DNA of 64,000 nt from an uncultured Planctomycetales bacterium (GTDB taxonomy: Bacteria; Omnitrophota; Gorgyraeia; Gygaellales; Profunditerraquicolaceae): contig CAZYCL010000006.1 of assembly GCA_964645795.1 (NCBI GenBank), positions 5,520-69,519 of the forward strand, given 5' to 3'. The notes under the pieces were generated by a model. That model saw only the letters and a program-made list of their open reading frames with translations, made no database searches and had not been told where the DNA came from. A program made the translations under genes and the position numbers. Positions within the stretch are counted from its first letter, which is position 1, and each line of letters starts with the position of its first letter. Positions 48,433 through 58,105 of the stretch are shown one piece after another.

Positions 48433-48720
48433 ATGGCTATTGACAAGAAAACAGTCGAATATGTGGCGCATCTGGCGCGCATAGAGCTTGGGCCCGCAGA
48501 ACTTGAAAAGTTTTCGACTCAGCTGCAAAGCATTGTCGGCTTTATTGATACGCTGGCAAAGGCAGATATCGAAGGAGTGGCGCCCACCAGCCATATACTG
48601 CCGATAAGCAATGTCTGGCGGCAGGACCTGCTTGCGGATCCCCTCTCCACTGAAAAAACTTTGGACTGCGCCCCTCGTAAAGAAGGCGATTTTTTTGTCG
48701 TACCCAAGATCATAGAGTAA
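48433..48720 (+). CDS. gatC: Asp/Glu-tRNA amidotransferase subunit C
   Basis: 95 aa. VAHLARIEL...E N-terminus typical of GatC. Precedes gatA and gatB. Confidence 0.9.
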   Translation: MAIDKKTVEYVAHLARIELGPAELEKFSTQLQSIVGFIDTLAKADIEGVAPTSHILPISNVWRQDLLADPLSTEKTLDCAPRKEGDFFVVPKIIE

Positions 48721-48723
48721 GAT

Positions 48724-50175
48724 ATGCCCGTTCCCGATAAGCTAGACGATCTTTGCGCCCACCAGATACTGGAGAAAATCAACTCCCGGGAGCTCTTTGC
48801 CTCCGATGTTATCGACGGCCTGAGGAAACGGATAAAAGCGGTGGATAATAGCGTGTGTGCCTACGTGCGCGCCGGTGATATGAACAGTGGGCCTGCCAGA
48901 GAGATCGCCGCTAACATTAATATCCTTAAGGGCATCCCCATCACCATAAAAGACAATATCTGCACGCAGGCCCTTAATACAGAATGCTGCTCCAGGATCC
49001 TGGCAGGCTTTAAGCCCGCATATGATGCCACGGTTATCAGGCGCTTGAAAGACGCAGGCGCCTACATCTTTGACCTTAAGGCCAATATGGATGAGTTTGC
49101 CTTCGGTTCTTCCTGCGAGAATTCATGTTTTGGGCCGACGCATAACCCCTGGGGGCTTGACCGCGTGCCGGGAGGCTCTTCCGGCGGCAGTGCCGCGTCG
49201 GTTGCGGCAGGCGAGGCGGTCTGGGCGCTGGGTTCGGATACCGGCGGTTCTATCCGTCAGCCTGCGGCGTTCTGCGGGGTCGTGGGATTAAAGCCTACTT
49301 ACGGCAGGGTCTCGCGCTACGGGCTCATCGCTTTTGCCTCCAGCCTTGACCAGATAGGGCCGATTACCCGGGACGTGCGTGACGCGGCGATGCTCCTCAA
49401 TTTGATAGCCGGCCATGACGCAAAAGATTCCACCTCCGCGGATATGGACGTGCCGGATTATACCCTGGCTTTAAACGGCCATATCAATGACCTGAAGATC
49501 GGTATCCCCAAAGAATACTTTGTAGAGGGCATAGACCCGGAAGTAAAGGCCATAGTCAGCGAAGCTATCGCCAAGCTGAAAGAATTGGGCGCAGCGGAAA
49601 AAGAAGTGAGTTTGCCGCACACCAAATATGCCGTGCCGGTTTATTATGTCGTGGCTACTGCAGAGGCCAGCTCAAACCTGGCCCGTTTTGACGGAGTGCA
49701 GTACGGGCTGCGGTCGGCGGCCAAGAACATCATCGATATGTATAAGAGGACGCGCGACGAGGGTTTCGGCGCGGAGGCAAAGAGAAGGATAATCCTGGGC
49801 ACCTTCGGACTCTCGCACGGCTATTACGACGCTTATTACCTGCGCGCGCTGAAGGTCCGCACGCTTATAAAGCAGGATTTTGACAGGGTGTTCGGGGAGT
49901 GCGACTGTATTGTAACGCCTACCTCTCCGACCCCGGCATTCAAGATCGGAGAGAGGGCCGAAGACCCTTTGAAGATGTACCTCTCGGATATCTTTACCAT
50001 CTGCGCAAACCTGGCGGGCATCCCGGCGATCTCAGTGCCTTGCGGGTTCACTAAATCCGGCCTTCCCGTGGGGCTGCAGATACTGGCAAAGCCGTTTGCG
50101 GAAGAGACTATCCTGAGAGTGGCCTACGCTTACGAGCAGGCAACGCCGTGGCATAAGATGAGGCCTAAAATATAA
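48724..50175 (+). CDS. gatA: Glutamyl-tRNA(Gln) amidotransferase subunit A
   Basis: 483 aa. Amidase signature [14 protein letters not shown] with Ser-cisSer-Lys triad context. Confidence 0.95.
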   Translation: MPVPDKLDDLCAHQILEKINSRELFASDVIDGLRKRIKAVDNSVCAYVRAGDMNSGPAREIAANINILKGIPITIKDNICTQALNTECCSRILAGFKPAYDATVIRRLKDAGAYIFDLKANMDEFAFGSSCENSCFGPTHNPWGLDRVPGGSSGGSAASVAAGEAVWALGSDTGGSIRQPAAFCGVVGLKPTYGRVSRYGLIAFASSLDQIGPITRDVRDAAMLLNLIAGHDAKDSTSADMDVPDYTLALNGHINDLKIGIPKEYFVEGIDPEVKAIVSEAIAKLKELGAAEKEVSLPHTKYAVPVYYVVATAEASSNLARFDGVQYGLRSAAKNIIDMYKRTRDEGFGAEAKRRIILGTFGLSHGYYDAYYLRALKVRTLIKQDFDRVFGECDCIVTPTSPTPAFKIGERAEDPLKMYLSDIFTICANLAGIPAISVPCGFTKSGLPVGLQILAKPFAEETILRVAYAYEQATPWHKMRPKI

Positions 50176-51617
50176 TGGAATACGAAGCGGTCATAGGGCT
50201 GGAAGTCCACATCCACCTTGATACCAAAACCAAGGCTTTCTGCGGCTGTTCTACGGAGTTCGGCAAGCCCCCTAACTCCCAGGCCTGCCCCGTATGCCTG
50301 GGGTTGCCGGGTTCTCTGCCGGTGCTCAACAAAACAGCATTAGAGTACGCTATAAAGGTGGGATTGGCGCTTAATTGCATCGTCCAGGAGTACACCAAAT
50401 TCGACCGCAAACATTATTATTACCCTGACCTGCCCAAGAATTATCAGATATCGCAGTACGACCTTCCCGTGTCCAAAGACGGCTATATCGATATCGAACT
50501 GGAAGATGAGGCCAAGGTCAGGCGCATAAGGATAAAGCGTTGTCATCTGGAAGAGGATGCGGGAAAGCTTATCCACGCTGAAGGCCAAAGCCTCGTGGAT
50601 TATAACCGCGCCGGCATACCGCTGCTGGAGATCGTAAGTGAGCCCGATATCCATTCTCCGCAGGAGGCCTACGAGTACCTCACTGCCCTTAAAAGCATCG
50701 TCAAGTACCTGGATGTTTCGGACTGCGATATGGAGAAAGGGTCTTTGCGCTGCGATGCCAATGTTTCGATGCGGCCTAAGGGCTCCAAAGAGCTGGGCAC
50801 CAAGACGGAAGTCAAGAACATGAACTCTTTCAAAGGCGTCAAAGACGCCCTCGCTTATGAGATCGAGAGGCAGATAGAGGTTTTGGAGAGCGGCGGGCAG
50901 GTGGTACAGGAAACCAGGCTCTGGGATGCCAGGGGCTTAAAGACCGTCACCATGCGCACCAAAGAAGAGGCCAAGGATTACCGGTATTTCCCTGAACCGG
51001 ACCTTCCGCCTTTTTTCATCACCAAGGAAAAAACTCAAGAGATAAAAAGTTCCATCCCCGAGTTGCCGAGAGAGAAGGCGGCGCGTTTCATGAAGGAGTA
51101 CGGGCTTTCAAAATACGATACCGGGATCCTCGTTTCCGACAGGGGCAACGCCGATTACGCGGAGAAGTGTTTTAAGCTTTTAAAAGGCCGCAGCCTCAAG
51201 CCTCTGGCCAACTGGCTGATCGGCCCCTTTACCAGCCTCGCTTCGGGAAACAATGTCAGGATATCGGATGCCGGGGTCACTCCGGAAAATATTGTGGAGC
51301 TGGTAAGCCTTGTGGAGATAAAGCAGGCTATTTCAAACCTCGCCGCAAAGACCGTCCTGGCAGAGATGTTGGCATCGGGGCGCGCCGCCTCTGATATCGT
51401 AAAGGAGAAGAACCTGGCGCAGATCTCCGATGACGCCAGCCTTCAGGCGCTGGCGGACGAGGTGATAAAGGAGAATGCCAGGTCTGCCCAGGATTTCAAG
51501 AACGGCAAAGATAATGCGCTGATGTTTTTGGTGGGGCAGCTGATGAAGAAGAGCAAAGGTAAGGCTAATCCCAAAGCCGCGCAGGAGATACTAAAACGGA
51601 GGTTGACTGATGCTTAA
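50175..51617 (+). CDS. gatB: Asp/Glu-tRNA amidotransferase subunit B
   Basis: 480 aa. N-terminal GLEVHIHL...K, C-terminal YqeY-like domain. Confidence 0.95.
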   Translation: MEYEAVIGLEVHIHLDTKTKAFCGCSTEFGKPPNSQACPVCLGLPGSLPVLNKTALEYAIKVGLALNCIVQEYTKFDRKHYYYPDLPKNYQISQYDLPVSKDGYIDIELEDEAKVRRIRIKRCHLEEDAGKLIHAEGQSLVDYNRAGIPLLEIVSEPDIHSPQEAYEYLTALKSIVKYLDVSDCDMEKGSLRCDANVSMRPKGSKELGTKTEVKNMNSFKGVKDALAYEIERQIEVLESGGQVVQETRLWDARGLKTVTMRTKEEAKDYRYFPEPDLPPFFITKEKTQEIKSSIPELPREKAARFMKEYGLSKYDTGILVSDRGNADYAEKCFKLLKGRSLKPLANWLIGPFTSLASGNNVRISDAGVTPENIVELVSLVEIKQAISNLAAKTVLAEMLASGRAASDIVKEKNLAQISDDASLQALADEVIKENARSAQDFKNGKDNALMFLVGQLMKKSKGKANPKAAQEILKRRLTDA

Positions 51618-52899
51618 GAAAGTGCTCATAGGGTTGGTGTTGGCGGCCGGCGTTTTTGGCGCGGCGTCGCTGGCGGTAAGCGCTGGGGAAAAGGCCAGGG
51701 CCAAAGACGATCTTTTCCGCCAGGTCCAGCTCTTTGCCGACACGCTCACTATCATCCGCGAAGAGTACGTTGATGATACTAAAGCCAAGGACCTTATTTA
51801 TGGGGCGCTCAAGGGGACACTTTCTTCGCTTGACCCGCACAGCCAGTTCATGGACCCCGATACCTACAATGAGCTTAAGGTCGATACCGAGGGCAAATTC
51901 GGAGGACTGGGCATAGAGATAACCATAAAGGACGGCCTGATCACCGTGATCACTCCCATAGAGGATACGCCGGCCTGGAAGGCGGGCTTAAAGCCCAATG
52001 ACAAGATCGTCAAGATAAACAACGAGCTTACCCGCGACATGTCCCTGTCGGACGCCGTCAAGAAGATGCGCGGCAAGCCCGGCGAGGCGGTCAACATCAC
52101 GGTATTGCGCGAGTCGGAGAAGAAGCTCCTGGATTTCAGGATCGTCAGGGATATCATCAGGGTCAAGGATATCAAGGAGGCCAGGATACTTGAGGAAGGG
52201 ATCGGCTACATAAGGCTGGTTGAATTCCGTGAGAATACCCCGCATGACTTCAATATGGCCTTAAGCAGGCTGACCAAGTCCAATATGAGCGCACTGATAT
52301 TGGACCTGCGCAATAACCCCGGCGGGCTTCTGGATGTGGCGGTCAAAGTCACCGAGAAGTTCATTGAAAAAGGCAAGCTCATCGTTTATACCAAAGGCCG
52401 CAAGCCATCCCAGGACTACAAGTTCTTCTCCCGCGCCAATCACCCCATATTAAATGTCCCGGTGGTGATACTGATCAACGAAGGCTCGGCTTCCGGAAGC
52501 GAGATAGTCGCGGCCTGCCTTAAGGATTACCACCGCGCCCTGATCATGGGGGTAAAGAGTTTCGGAAAAGGCTCGGTGCAGACAGTCATCCCCCTCGGCG
52601 ACGGTTCGGCGCTGAGGCTGACTACCAGCAAGTATTATTCGCCCCAGGGCTACGAGATACACGGCAAGGGCGTAATGCCGGATATAGTGGTAGAGGAGGC
52701 AAAGATAGTGCCCGAAGCCAACAAGTTAGCTGACGGGGGCGCGACAGAGTTATTTGAACAGCTGGAGAACAAGGACAAGGAAATAAAGGCTGAAAAGGAC
52801 GCGGATTACAAGAGCGATAACCAGATCATGCGGGCAATTGACGCCCTCAAGGCCGCGAGGTTCTACAACCAGGAGAGAAAGGAAGTTCAGCAGAAGTGA
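51610..52899 (+). CDS. ctpA: Carboxyl-terminal processing protease (S41 family) with PDZ domain
   Basis: 429 aa. Signal/TM N-terminus, PDZ (GLGIEI...), S41 catalytic Ser (NEGSASGSEI) and Lys (KSFGKGSVQ) motifs. Confidence 0.9.
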   Translation: MLKKVLIGLVLAAGVFGAASLAVSAGEKARAKDDLFRQVQLFADTLTIIREEYVDDTKAKDLIYGALKGTLSSLDPHSQFMDPDTYNELKVDTEGKFGGLGIEITIKDGLITVITPIEDTPAWKAGLKPNDKIVKINNELTRDMSLSDAVKKMRGKPGEAVNITVLRESEKKLLDFRIVRDIIRVKDIKEARILEEGIGYIRLVEFRENTPHDFNMALSRLTKSNMSALILDLRNNPGGLLDVAVKVTEKFIEKGKLIVYTKGRKPSQDYKFFSRANHPILNVPVVILINEGSASGSEIVAACLKDYHRALIMGVKSFGKGSVQTVIPLGDGSALRLTTSKYYSPQGYEIHGKGVMPDIVVEEAKIVPEANKLADGGATELFEQLENKDKEIKAEKDADYKSDNQIMRAIDALKAARFYNQERKEVQQK

Positions 52900-53726
52900 A
52901 AAGAGAAAAGATATACCTTCTTATAATCGGCGTGCTTCTGGCGGTGATCATTGCGCAGTGGTCGGCGATGAGAAAGAAAGAGGTCATCAAGGTCAGGCTC
53001 ATACGGGAAAAAGCCGCCCCTGTTGCGGCGGTTGCCCCGCCTGCCGCGGCCGTCCCGGCAAAAGCGGCGCCGAAAGGCAAGATCGCCATCGTGCTCGATG
53101 ATTGGGGCTATAATACAAATAACCTGGATATCGCCGCCAGCATCAACGCCCCGCTTACCGCGGCCATCCTTCCTAATCTTAAATATTCTGCGGAGTTAAG
53201 CCGTCGCCTCCACGATATGGGGTTCGAGGTGATCCTGCATTTACCGATGGAGCCGCGGGAAAAGTATAAGCTGGAGAAGGATACGATAACCGTTAACATG
53301 TCCGCCTCCAAGATAAAGAGCATTATTGATAAAGATTTGAGCATGCTCGAAAATGTCAAAGGCGTTTCCAACCATATGGGCTCAAAGGCTACCGCCGATG
53401 CCAGGGTGATGAGGATAGTCTTGGGCGAGCTGAAAAAGCGCGGCCTGTATTTCCTTGATAGCTATACCGGAAAGACCGTCGTTGCTAAGATCGCCAGGCA
53501 GATAGGTATCCCTTTTGCCGGCAGGGAAGTGTTTTTGGATAACTCCAACGATGAAAAGTACATCAAGGCCCAGCTGGATGAGCTTAAAGAGAAGGCCGGT
53601 TCGCGCGGTTATGCCATAGGCATCGGGCATGACCGCAAGAAGACCCTGCAGGTGCTGGCAGAGATGGTCCCGGAGCTTAAGAGGCAGGGTTATAAATTCG
53701 TCTACGTTTCGCAGCTGGTGGATTGA
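52896..53726 (+). CDS. Divergent polysaccharide deacetylase family protein (YibQ-like)
   Basis: 276 aa. N-terminal TM, Ala/Pro-rich linker, then IAIVLDDWGYN...HLPMEP...NHMGS motifs typical of the YibQ divergent deacetylase family. Confidence 0.7.
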   Translation: MKREKIYLLIIGVLLAVIIAQWSAMRKKEVIKVRLIREKAAPVAAVAPPAAAVPAKAAPKGKIAIVLDDWGYNTNNLDIAASINAPLTAAILPNLKYSAELSRRLHDMGFEVILHLPMEPREKYKLEKDTITVNMSASKIKSIIDKDLSMLENVKGVSNHMGSKATADARVMRIVLGELKKRGLYFLDSYTGKTVVAKIARQIGIPFAGREVFLDNSNDEKYIKAQLDELKEKAGSRGYAIGIGHDRKKTLQVLAEMVPELKRQGYKFVYVSQLVD

Positions 53727-54709
53727 TGTACACGCTGGGAATTGAGACATCCTGTGATGAGACTTCCGCGGCTGTGGTGCTTGACGGCAAGAAACTGCTT
53801 TCCAATGAAGTTGCCTCAAGCCTGGCGGCGCATCAGAAGTTCGGGGGGATCGTCCCCGAGATAGCCTTCCGCAGGCAGCTGGAGACCATATCCGAGGTAA
53901 GCTGCTCTGCGCTTTCGAGGGCGCGCGTCAGCTTAAGGCGCATCGGCCTTATCAGCGTTACCAGCGGGCCGGGGCTGCTTGGTTCATTGTTCGTGGGGGT
54001 TTCCTTTGCCAAGTCGCTTTCGCTGGCGCTGGGCTGTCCGCTTATCGGAGTCAACCACATCCACAGCCATATTTACGCGGCAGTCTTGAGCAATAAGGAT
54101 ATCCGGTTGCCTTTTGTGTCATTGGTGGTGTCAGGCGGGCACACCAGCTTGTTTTATGTCAGGGATTTCGATCGCATCGAACTACTGGGCCACACGCAGG
54201 ACGACGCCTGCGGCGAGTCTTTTGACAAAGTGGCTAAGATCCTGGGGTTGGGCTATCCCGGCGGACCCGCGATAGAAAAAGTCGCCCTCCGGGGTGACGG
54301 TAAAAGATACCGTTTCAGATGTTCGGGCACCAAGAGTCCGCTGAACTTCAGCTTTAGCGGCATCAAAACCGCGGTGCTTTATAAGGTCGCGGGAAGGCGG
54401 CTGAAGCCTTTGGAAAAATACGACATCGCCGCGTCGTTCCAGCGTTCGGTGATCGACGCCCTTATTGAAAAATCCCTCACCGCCTGCAGGATGAAAAAAG
54501 CCTCAAGCCTGGTCATCGGTGGCGGAGTGGTAGCCAATATGGAGCTGCGCCGCAGTTTCAGCCGGGTATTCGCGCGGCAGGGTTTGAGCTGTTATTTTCC
54601 GCGGAAAGATCTTTCCACGGATAACGCGGCAATGGTGGCCGGGCTGGGGTCCGTGCTTTATAAGAAAGGTCATGTTTCGGGGCTGGATTTAGTCCCGACA
54701 ACTGCCTAA
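53723..54709 (+). CDS. tsaD: tRNA N6-adenosine threonylcarbamoyltransferase
   Basis: 328 aa. LGIETSCDETS N-terminus, HxxxH metal site (NHIHSH), GGV..N C-terminal motif. Confidence 0.92.
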   Translation: MMYTLGIETSCDETSAAVVLDGKKLLSNEVASSLAAHQKFGGIVPEIAFRRQLETISEVSCSALSRARVSLRRIGLISVTSGPGLLGSLFVGVSFAKSLSLALGCPLIGVNHIHSHIYAAVLSNKDIRLPFVSLVVSGGHTSLFYVRDFDRIELLGHTQDDACGESFDKVAKILGLGYPGGPAIEKVALRGDGKRYRFRCSGTKSPLNFSFSGIKTAVLYKVAGRRLKPLEKYDIAASFQRSVIDALIEKSLTACRMKKASSLVIGGGVVANMELRRSFSRVFARQGLSCYFPRKDLSTDNAAMVAGLGSVLYKKGHVSGLDLVPTTA

Positions 54710-54729
54710 AAACGGAAGGAGAGGCAAAT

Positions 54730-55206
54730 ATGGTCTCTGATACTGATGTCCTCTGGAGGCTGGGCGTTTCTGCGGTCCTGGGCGGCCTGATCGGCGCGGA
54801 AAGACAGTGGCACCGCTGTAACGCGGGGTTGCGCACGCACATATTAGTGAGCCTCGGTTCGGCGCTTATCATGTTGACATCAATATATGTTTTTGATATA
54901 TATAGCGGTATGGTCAGGGGCGACCCTGCCCGCATAGCTGCCGGCGTGATAACCGGTATCGGTTTTATCGGGGCCGGTTCCATCATGCGCGACATGGAGG
55001 GGATACGCGGCCTGACTACCGCAGCCAGTTTGTGGGTTGTGGCGGCCATAGGCCTGGCAGTCGGCTGCGGCTTCATCCTGGGCGCGGTCTTTACCGCGCT
55101 GTTCAGCCTCCTGTCCCTTATCGCTCTTCGGATAGTCGAAAGCAAGGTATTCTCCAAATATAGAAGTCAGTCAAAACCGGAAAGAGGTGGTGATCATGGC
55201 GTTTAA
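54730..55206 (+). CDS. MgtC/SapB-family membrane protein
   Basis: 158 aa, four TM helices. N-terminal LGGLIGAERQWH motif typical of MgtC. Confidence 0.8.
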   Translation: MVSDTDVLWRLGVSAVLGGLIGAERQWHRCNAGLRTHILVSLGSALIMLTSIYVFDIYSGMVRGDPARIAAGVITGIGFIGAGSIMRDMEGIRGLTTAASLWVVAAIGLAVGCGFILGAVFTALFSLLSLIALRIVESKVFSKYRSQSKPERGGDHGV

Positions 55207-55699
55207 AAAGAAAGTGGATGAAAAGCTCTTGGATGTCGATGCCTCGATGCAAGGGACGCTCAGTTTCAAGGACCCGGTGAACTTGCGCGTTAACGGTAGG
55301 TTTGACGGCAATCTGGACGTCAGAGGCACTTTGACCATCGGGCCGACCGCGATAGTGCACGCGATCATCGAAGGCGATAATATCGTTATCGGCGGAAGGG
55401 TCAAGGGCCGGATAACCGCCAAGGAAAGCCTGACGCTTCTGCCTACGGCGATAGTGGAAGGCGATGTTTTCCCGGCGCGCCTGAATGTCACTGAGGGCGC
55501 GATCCTGGAAGGCAAGTGTTCTATGCTGCACGATTTCCTCAACGCCGAGGAGCTGGCGCGTTACATCGAGGTGGATATCTCATCGGTCACCGATTGGGCC
55601 AACTCCGGAAAGGTCCCGGGTTTTAAAGAGGGCAACAACTGGAAATTCGAGCGTAAGGCCATCGACGACTGGATAGCGTCGGGAAAGATAGGAAAGTAA
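55187..55699 (+). CDS. Bactofilin (polymer-forming cytoskeletal protein) fused to a C-terminal excisionase-type helix-turn-helix domain
   Basis: 170 aa. Residues ~20-115 show the bactofilin beta-helix repeat pattern (GNLDVRGTLTIGPTAIVHAIIEGDNIVIGGRVKGRITA...). Residues ~118-165 (EELARYIEVDISSVTDWANSGKVPGFKEGNNWKFERKAIDDWI) resemble the HTH_17/excisionase DNA-binding domain. Confidence 0.7.
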   Translation: MVIMAFKKKVDEKLLDVDASMQGTLSFKDPVNLRVNGRFDGNLDVRGTLTIGPTAIVHAIIEGDNIVIGGRVKGRITAKESLTLLPTAIVEGDVFPARLNVTEGAILEGKCSMLHDFLNAEELARYIEVDISSVTDWANSGKVPGFKEGNNWKFERKAIDDWIASGKIGK

Positions 55700-55711
55700 C
55701 CCAAGTTCACT

Positions 55712-56023
55712 ATGGCAGAAGAAAAACTTTTGACCGTCAGGGAAGTCGCTATACTTTTAGGCATCAGCGAAAAGGATGTTATTGACCTGGCTGAGAGCGG
55801 GGCGATCCCCGCCTATAAAGTCGGGGGGGTATACCTGCGTTTTAAGAAAGAACAGGTCCTGGGTTACAGAAAGAACAACCCCCGCCAGGTTTCTCAGGCT
55901 GTCCAGGGCAAGATCTACACTGGCTGGGACAGGGTATCGGATTTTCTTTACTTCAATGATTTTTACGTTTTGATCGCGGTTGTGGTCATTGCGCTACTGG
56001 TCTTTATCTTCCAGGGCTACTGA
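55712..56023 (+). CDS. Membrane-anchored excisionase-type helix-turn-helix protein
   Basis: 103 aa. N-terminal HTH (LLTVREVAILLGISEKDVIDLAESGAIPAYKVGGVYLRFKKEQV) and a C-terminal hydrophobic TM segment (FYVLIAVVVIALLVFIF). Confidence 0.6.
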   Translation: MAEEKLLTVREVAILLGISEKDVIDLAESGAIPAYKVGGVYLRFKKEQVLGYRKNNPRQVSQAVQGKIYTGWDRVSDFLYFNDFYVLIAVVVIALLVFIFQGY

Positions 56024-56703
56024 TGCGCCTTGCGCAGCGTGGTTACTGCGAATTGGGATTTGCCAAAGTGGACACCGACCGTTTAAGACGCAGGGGTTTC
56101 CCCGAAGCGGTATACTGCCCCGGCAAGAAGAAGGAGCATATAAGGGAGATCTCGCGGCGCATACTTCAGAGCAAACAGGATCTCCTGCTTACCAGGCTCG
56201 ATAAAGCCACCTTCGCCTATCTTAAGAAAAGTTTTCCCGGCCTTAAGTATGAGCCGACTGCCAGGATAGGGTTTTTGCTCCAGGCAGGCAGGCGCGTTCC
56301 CAGGGGGCAGGTGCTGGTGATCTGCGCCGGGACATCCGATATACCGGTTGCCGAAGAGGCGGCAGTTACCGCCCAGCTTCTGGGTTCCAAAGTCAGCCGG
56401 CTCTATGACGTGGGCGTGGCAGGGGTGCACAGGCTCATGGACCACCGCGGGCTTTTGCAAAAGGCCGAGGTCATCATCGTCGTAGCAGGCATGGAGGGGG
56501 CGCTGGCCAGCATTGTCAGCGGGCTGGTGAGCTCGCCGGTCGTGGCAGTGCCCACCAGCTGCGGCTACGGCGCCAACTTCGAAGGGCTGTCTTCATTACT
56601 TACCATGCTTACCGGTTGTTCTCCGGGCGTAGCGGTGGTGAATATCGATAACGGCTTTGGCGCGGGTTACTTCGCCAGCCTTCTCAATAAAAAAGGAGTA
56701 TAA
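56023..56703 (+). CDS. LarB-like nickel-pincer cofactor biosynthesis protein (PurE-like carboxylase/hydrolase)
   Basis: 226 aa. PurE-like C-terminal domain with VVAGMEGAL...VAVPTS.GYG...VVNIDNGFGAGY, matching LarB motifs as I recall them. Confidence 0.65.
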   Translation: MRLAQRGYCELGFAKVDTDRLRRRGFPEAVYCPGKKKEHIREISRRILQSKQDLLLTRLDKATFAYLKKSFPGLKYEPTARIGFLLQAGRRVPRGQVLVICAGTSDIPVAEEAAVTAQLLGSKVSRLYDVGVAGVHRLMDHRGLLQKAEVIIVVAGMEGALASIVSGLVSSPVVAVPTSCGYGANFEGLSSLLTMLTGCSPGVAVVNIDNGFGAGYFASLLNKKGV

Positions 56704-56706
56704 AGA

Positions 56707-58035
56707 ATGGCGCTTTCCGGGCTTGACATCTATAAGCTTCTTCCCAAGACCAACTGCCGCGAGTGCGGTTTTCAGACATGCCTGGCTTTTGCCATGCAAC
56801 TGGCAAAGAAGGCCGTGCCTATAGACAAATGCCCGTATGTCAGCAACGAAGCCAAAGAGGTGCTGGAGGCTTCCAGTAAGCCGCCGATAAAGCTGGTAAG
56901 TATCGGCACGGGCCAGGAGAAGTTTGAGACAGGCAACGAGACCGTGCTCTTTCGCCATGAGGAGAAGTTCCGTAATCCCTGCGGGATAGGTTATATCATC
57001 GAAGACAAATCTACAGACAGCCGGATAAAAGAGGATCTGGCAGCGATAGCCGGGCTTGATTTCGAGCGCGTTGGCCAGAGGCTGGCGGTTAATCTGGTCG
57101 CCGTCAGGCAGTGCGGGGCCGCCAAGAGGTTTATTGAGGCCTTGAAACTGGTAACGCAGGCCAGCAAGTTGCCTGTTGTCCTGATGAGCGATGATGTCGA
57201 GGCATTAAGAGAAGCGCTTGCTTTGTGCGCCGAGAAAAGGCCGCTCATCTATAAAGCCTCAAAAGATAACCTGGCCCGGATGGCAGAGCTCGTAAAAACC
57301 CACAAGCTTGCCCTTGTAATTTCAGCTTCGGACCTGGATGAGGCAGCTGCCTTAAGCGCCGAGGCTTCCAGGCTGGGCGTATCGGAGCTGGTGATAGAGG
57401 TGCCGTCAGCTTCGCTTGTCGACAGGATATGGGAGCTGACCCAGGTAAGAAGGCTGGCTTTGAAGAGATCGATGCGCGTCCTCGGTTTTCCGGTGCTGGC
57501 CTGCGTCGAAAATGAAGACCCTTACGAGGAAGCGATGGAGGTATCTTCTTATATATGTAAGTACGCCGGGATACTCCTCTTAAGCAATATTGCCAGCTGG
57601 CAGGCGCTGGGGTTATTGACGCTCAGGCAAAATATTTATACCGACCCCCAGAAACCCCTTCAGGTGGATCCCAAGATATATTCAGTCGGCCGCGTAAATG
57701 ATAAATCCCCGCTTTTGATCACTACCAACTTTTCGCTCTCCTACTATACGGTGCTGGGAGAGGTGGAGGCAAGCAAAGTTCCTTCTTTTATCATGAGCGT
57801 GGATACTGAAGGCATGTCGGTATTGACGGCGTGGGCCGCGGAAAAATTCAACGCCGAGATTATTGCCAAGGCCATGCAAAAGATGGCTGCGCAGGATCTG
57901 GTAAAGAACAAAAGAGCGGTCATCCCGGGGTATCTGGCGGTGATGAGCGGAGATCTGGAAGATCAAAGCGGCTGGGAAGTCATCGTCGGCCCGAAGGAGG
58001 CCGCGGGGCTGCCGTCGTTCCTTAAGAACTTATAG
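56707..58035 (+). CDS. acsC: Corrinoid iron-sulfur protein large subunit (AcsC/CdhE family)
   Basis: 442 aa. N-terminal 4Fe-4S motif (LPKTNCRECGFQTCLAFAMQLA...KCPY), TIM-barrel middle, C-terminal B12-binding region. Confidence 0.8.
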   Translation: MALSGLDIYKLLPKTNCRECGFQTCLAFAMQLAKKAVPIDKCPYVSNEAKEVLEASSKPPIKLVSIGTGQEKFETGNETVLFRHEEKFRNPCGIGYIIEDKSTDSRIKEDLAAIAGLDFERVGQRLAVNLVAVRQCGAAKRFIEALKLVTQASKLPVVLMSDDVEALREALALCAEKRPLIYKASKDNLARMAELVKTHKLALVISASDLDEAAALSAEASRLGVSELVIEVPSASLVDRIWELTQVRRLALKRSMRVLGFPVLACVENEDPYEEAMEVSSYICKYAGILLLSNIASWQALGLLTLRQNIYTDPQKPLQVDPKIYSVGRVNDKSPLLITTNFSLSYYTVLGEVEASKVPSFIMSVDTEGMSVLTAWAAEKFNAEIIAKAMQKMAAQDLVKNKRAVIPGYLAVMSGDLEDQSGWEVIVGPKEAAGLPSFLKNL

Positions 58036-58040
58036 CTGGG

Positions 58041-58070
58041 GTCACTAAGTCAGCGCGTCACCAAGTCACC
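58041..58070 (+). repeat. Second locus of the GTCACYAAGTCASC short repeat (two tandem copies) in the acsC-RACo intergenic region
   Basis: GTCACTAAGTCAGC (58041-54) and GCGTCACCAAGTCACC (58055-70); the latter is identical to the motif at 35670-85. Confidence 0.6.
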
Positions 58071-58105
58071 GGTGGTTTGCCATGATGCTGAAAATCTGAT
58101 TTACA

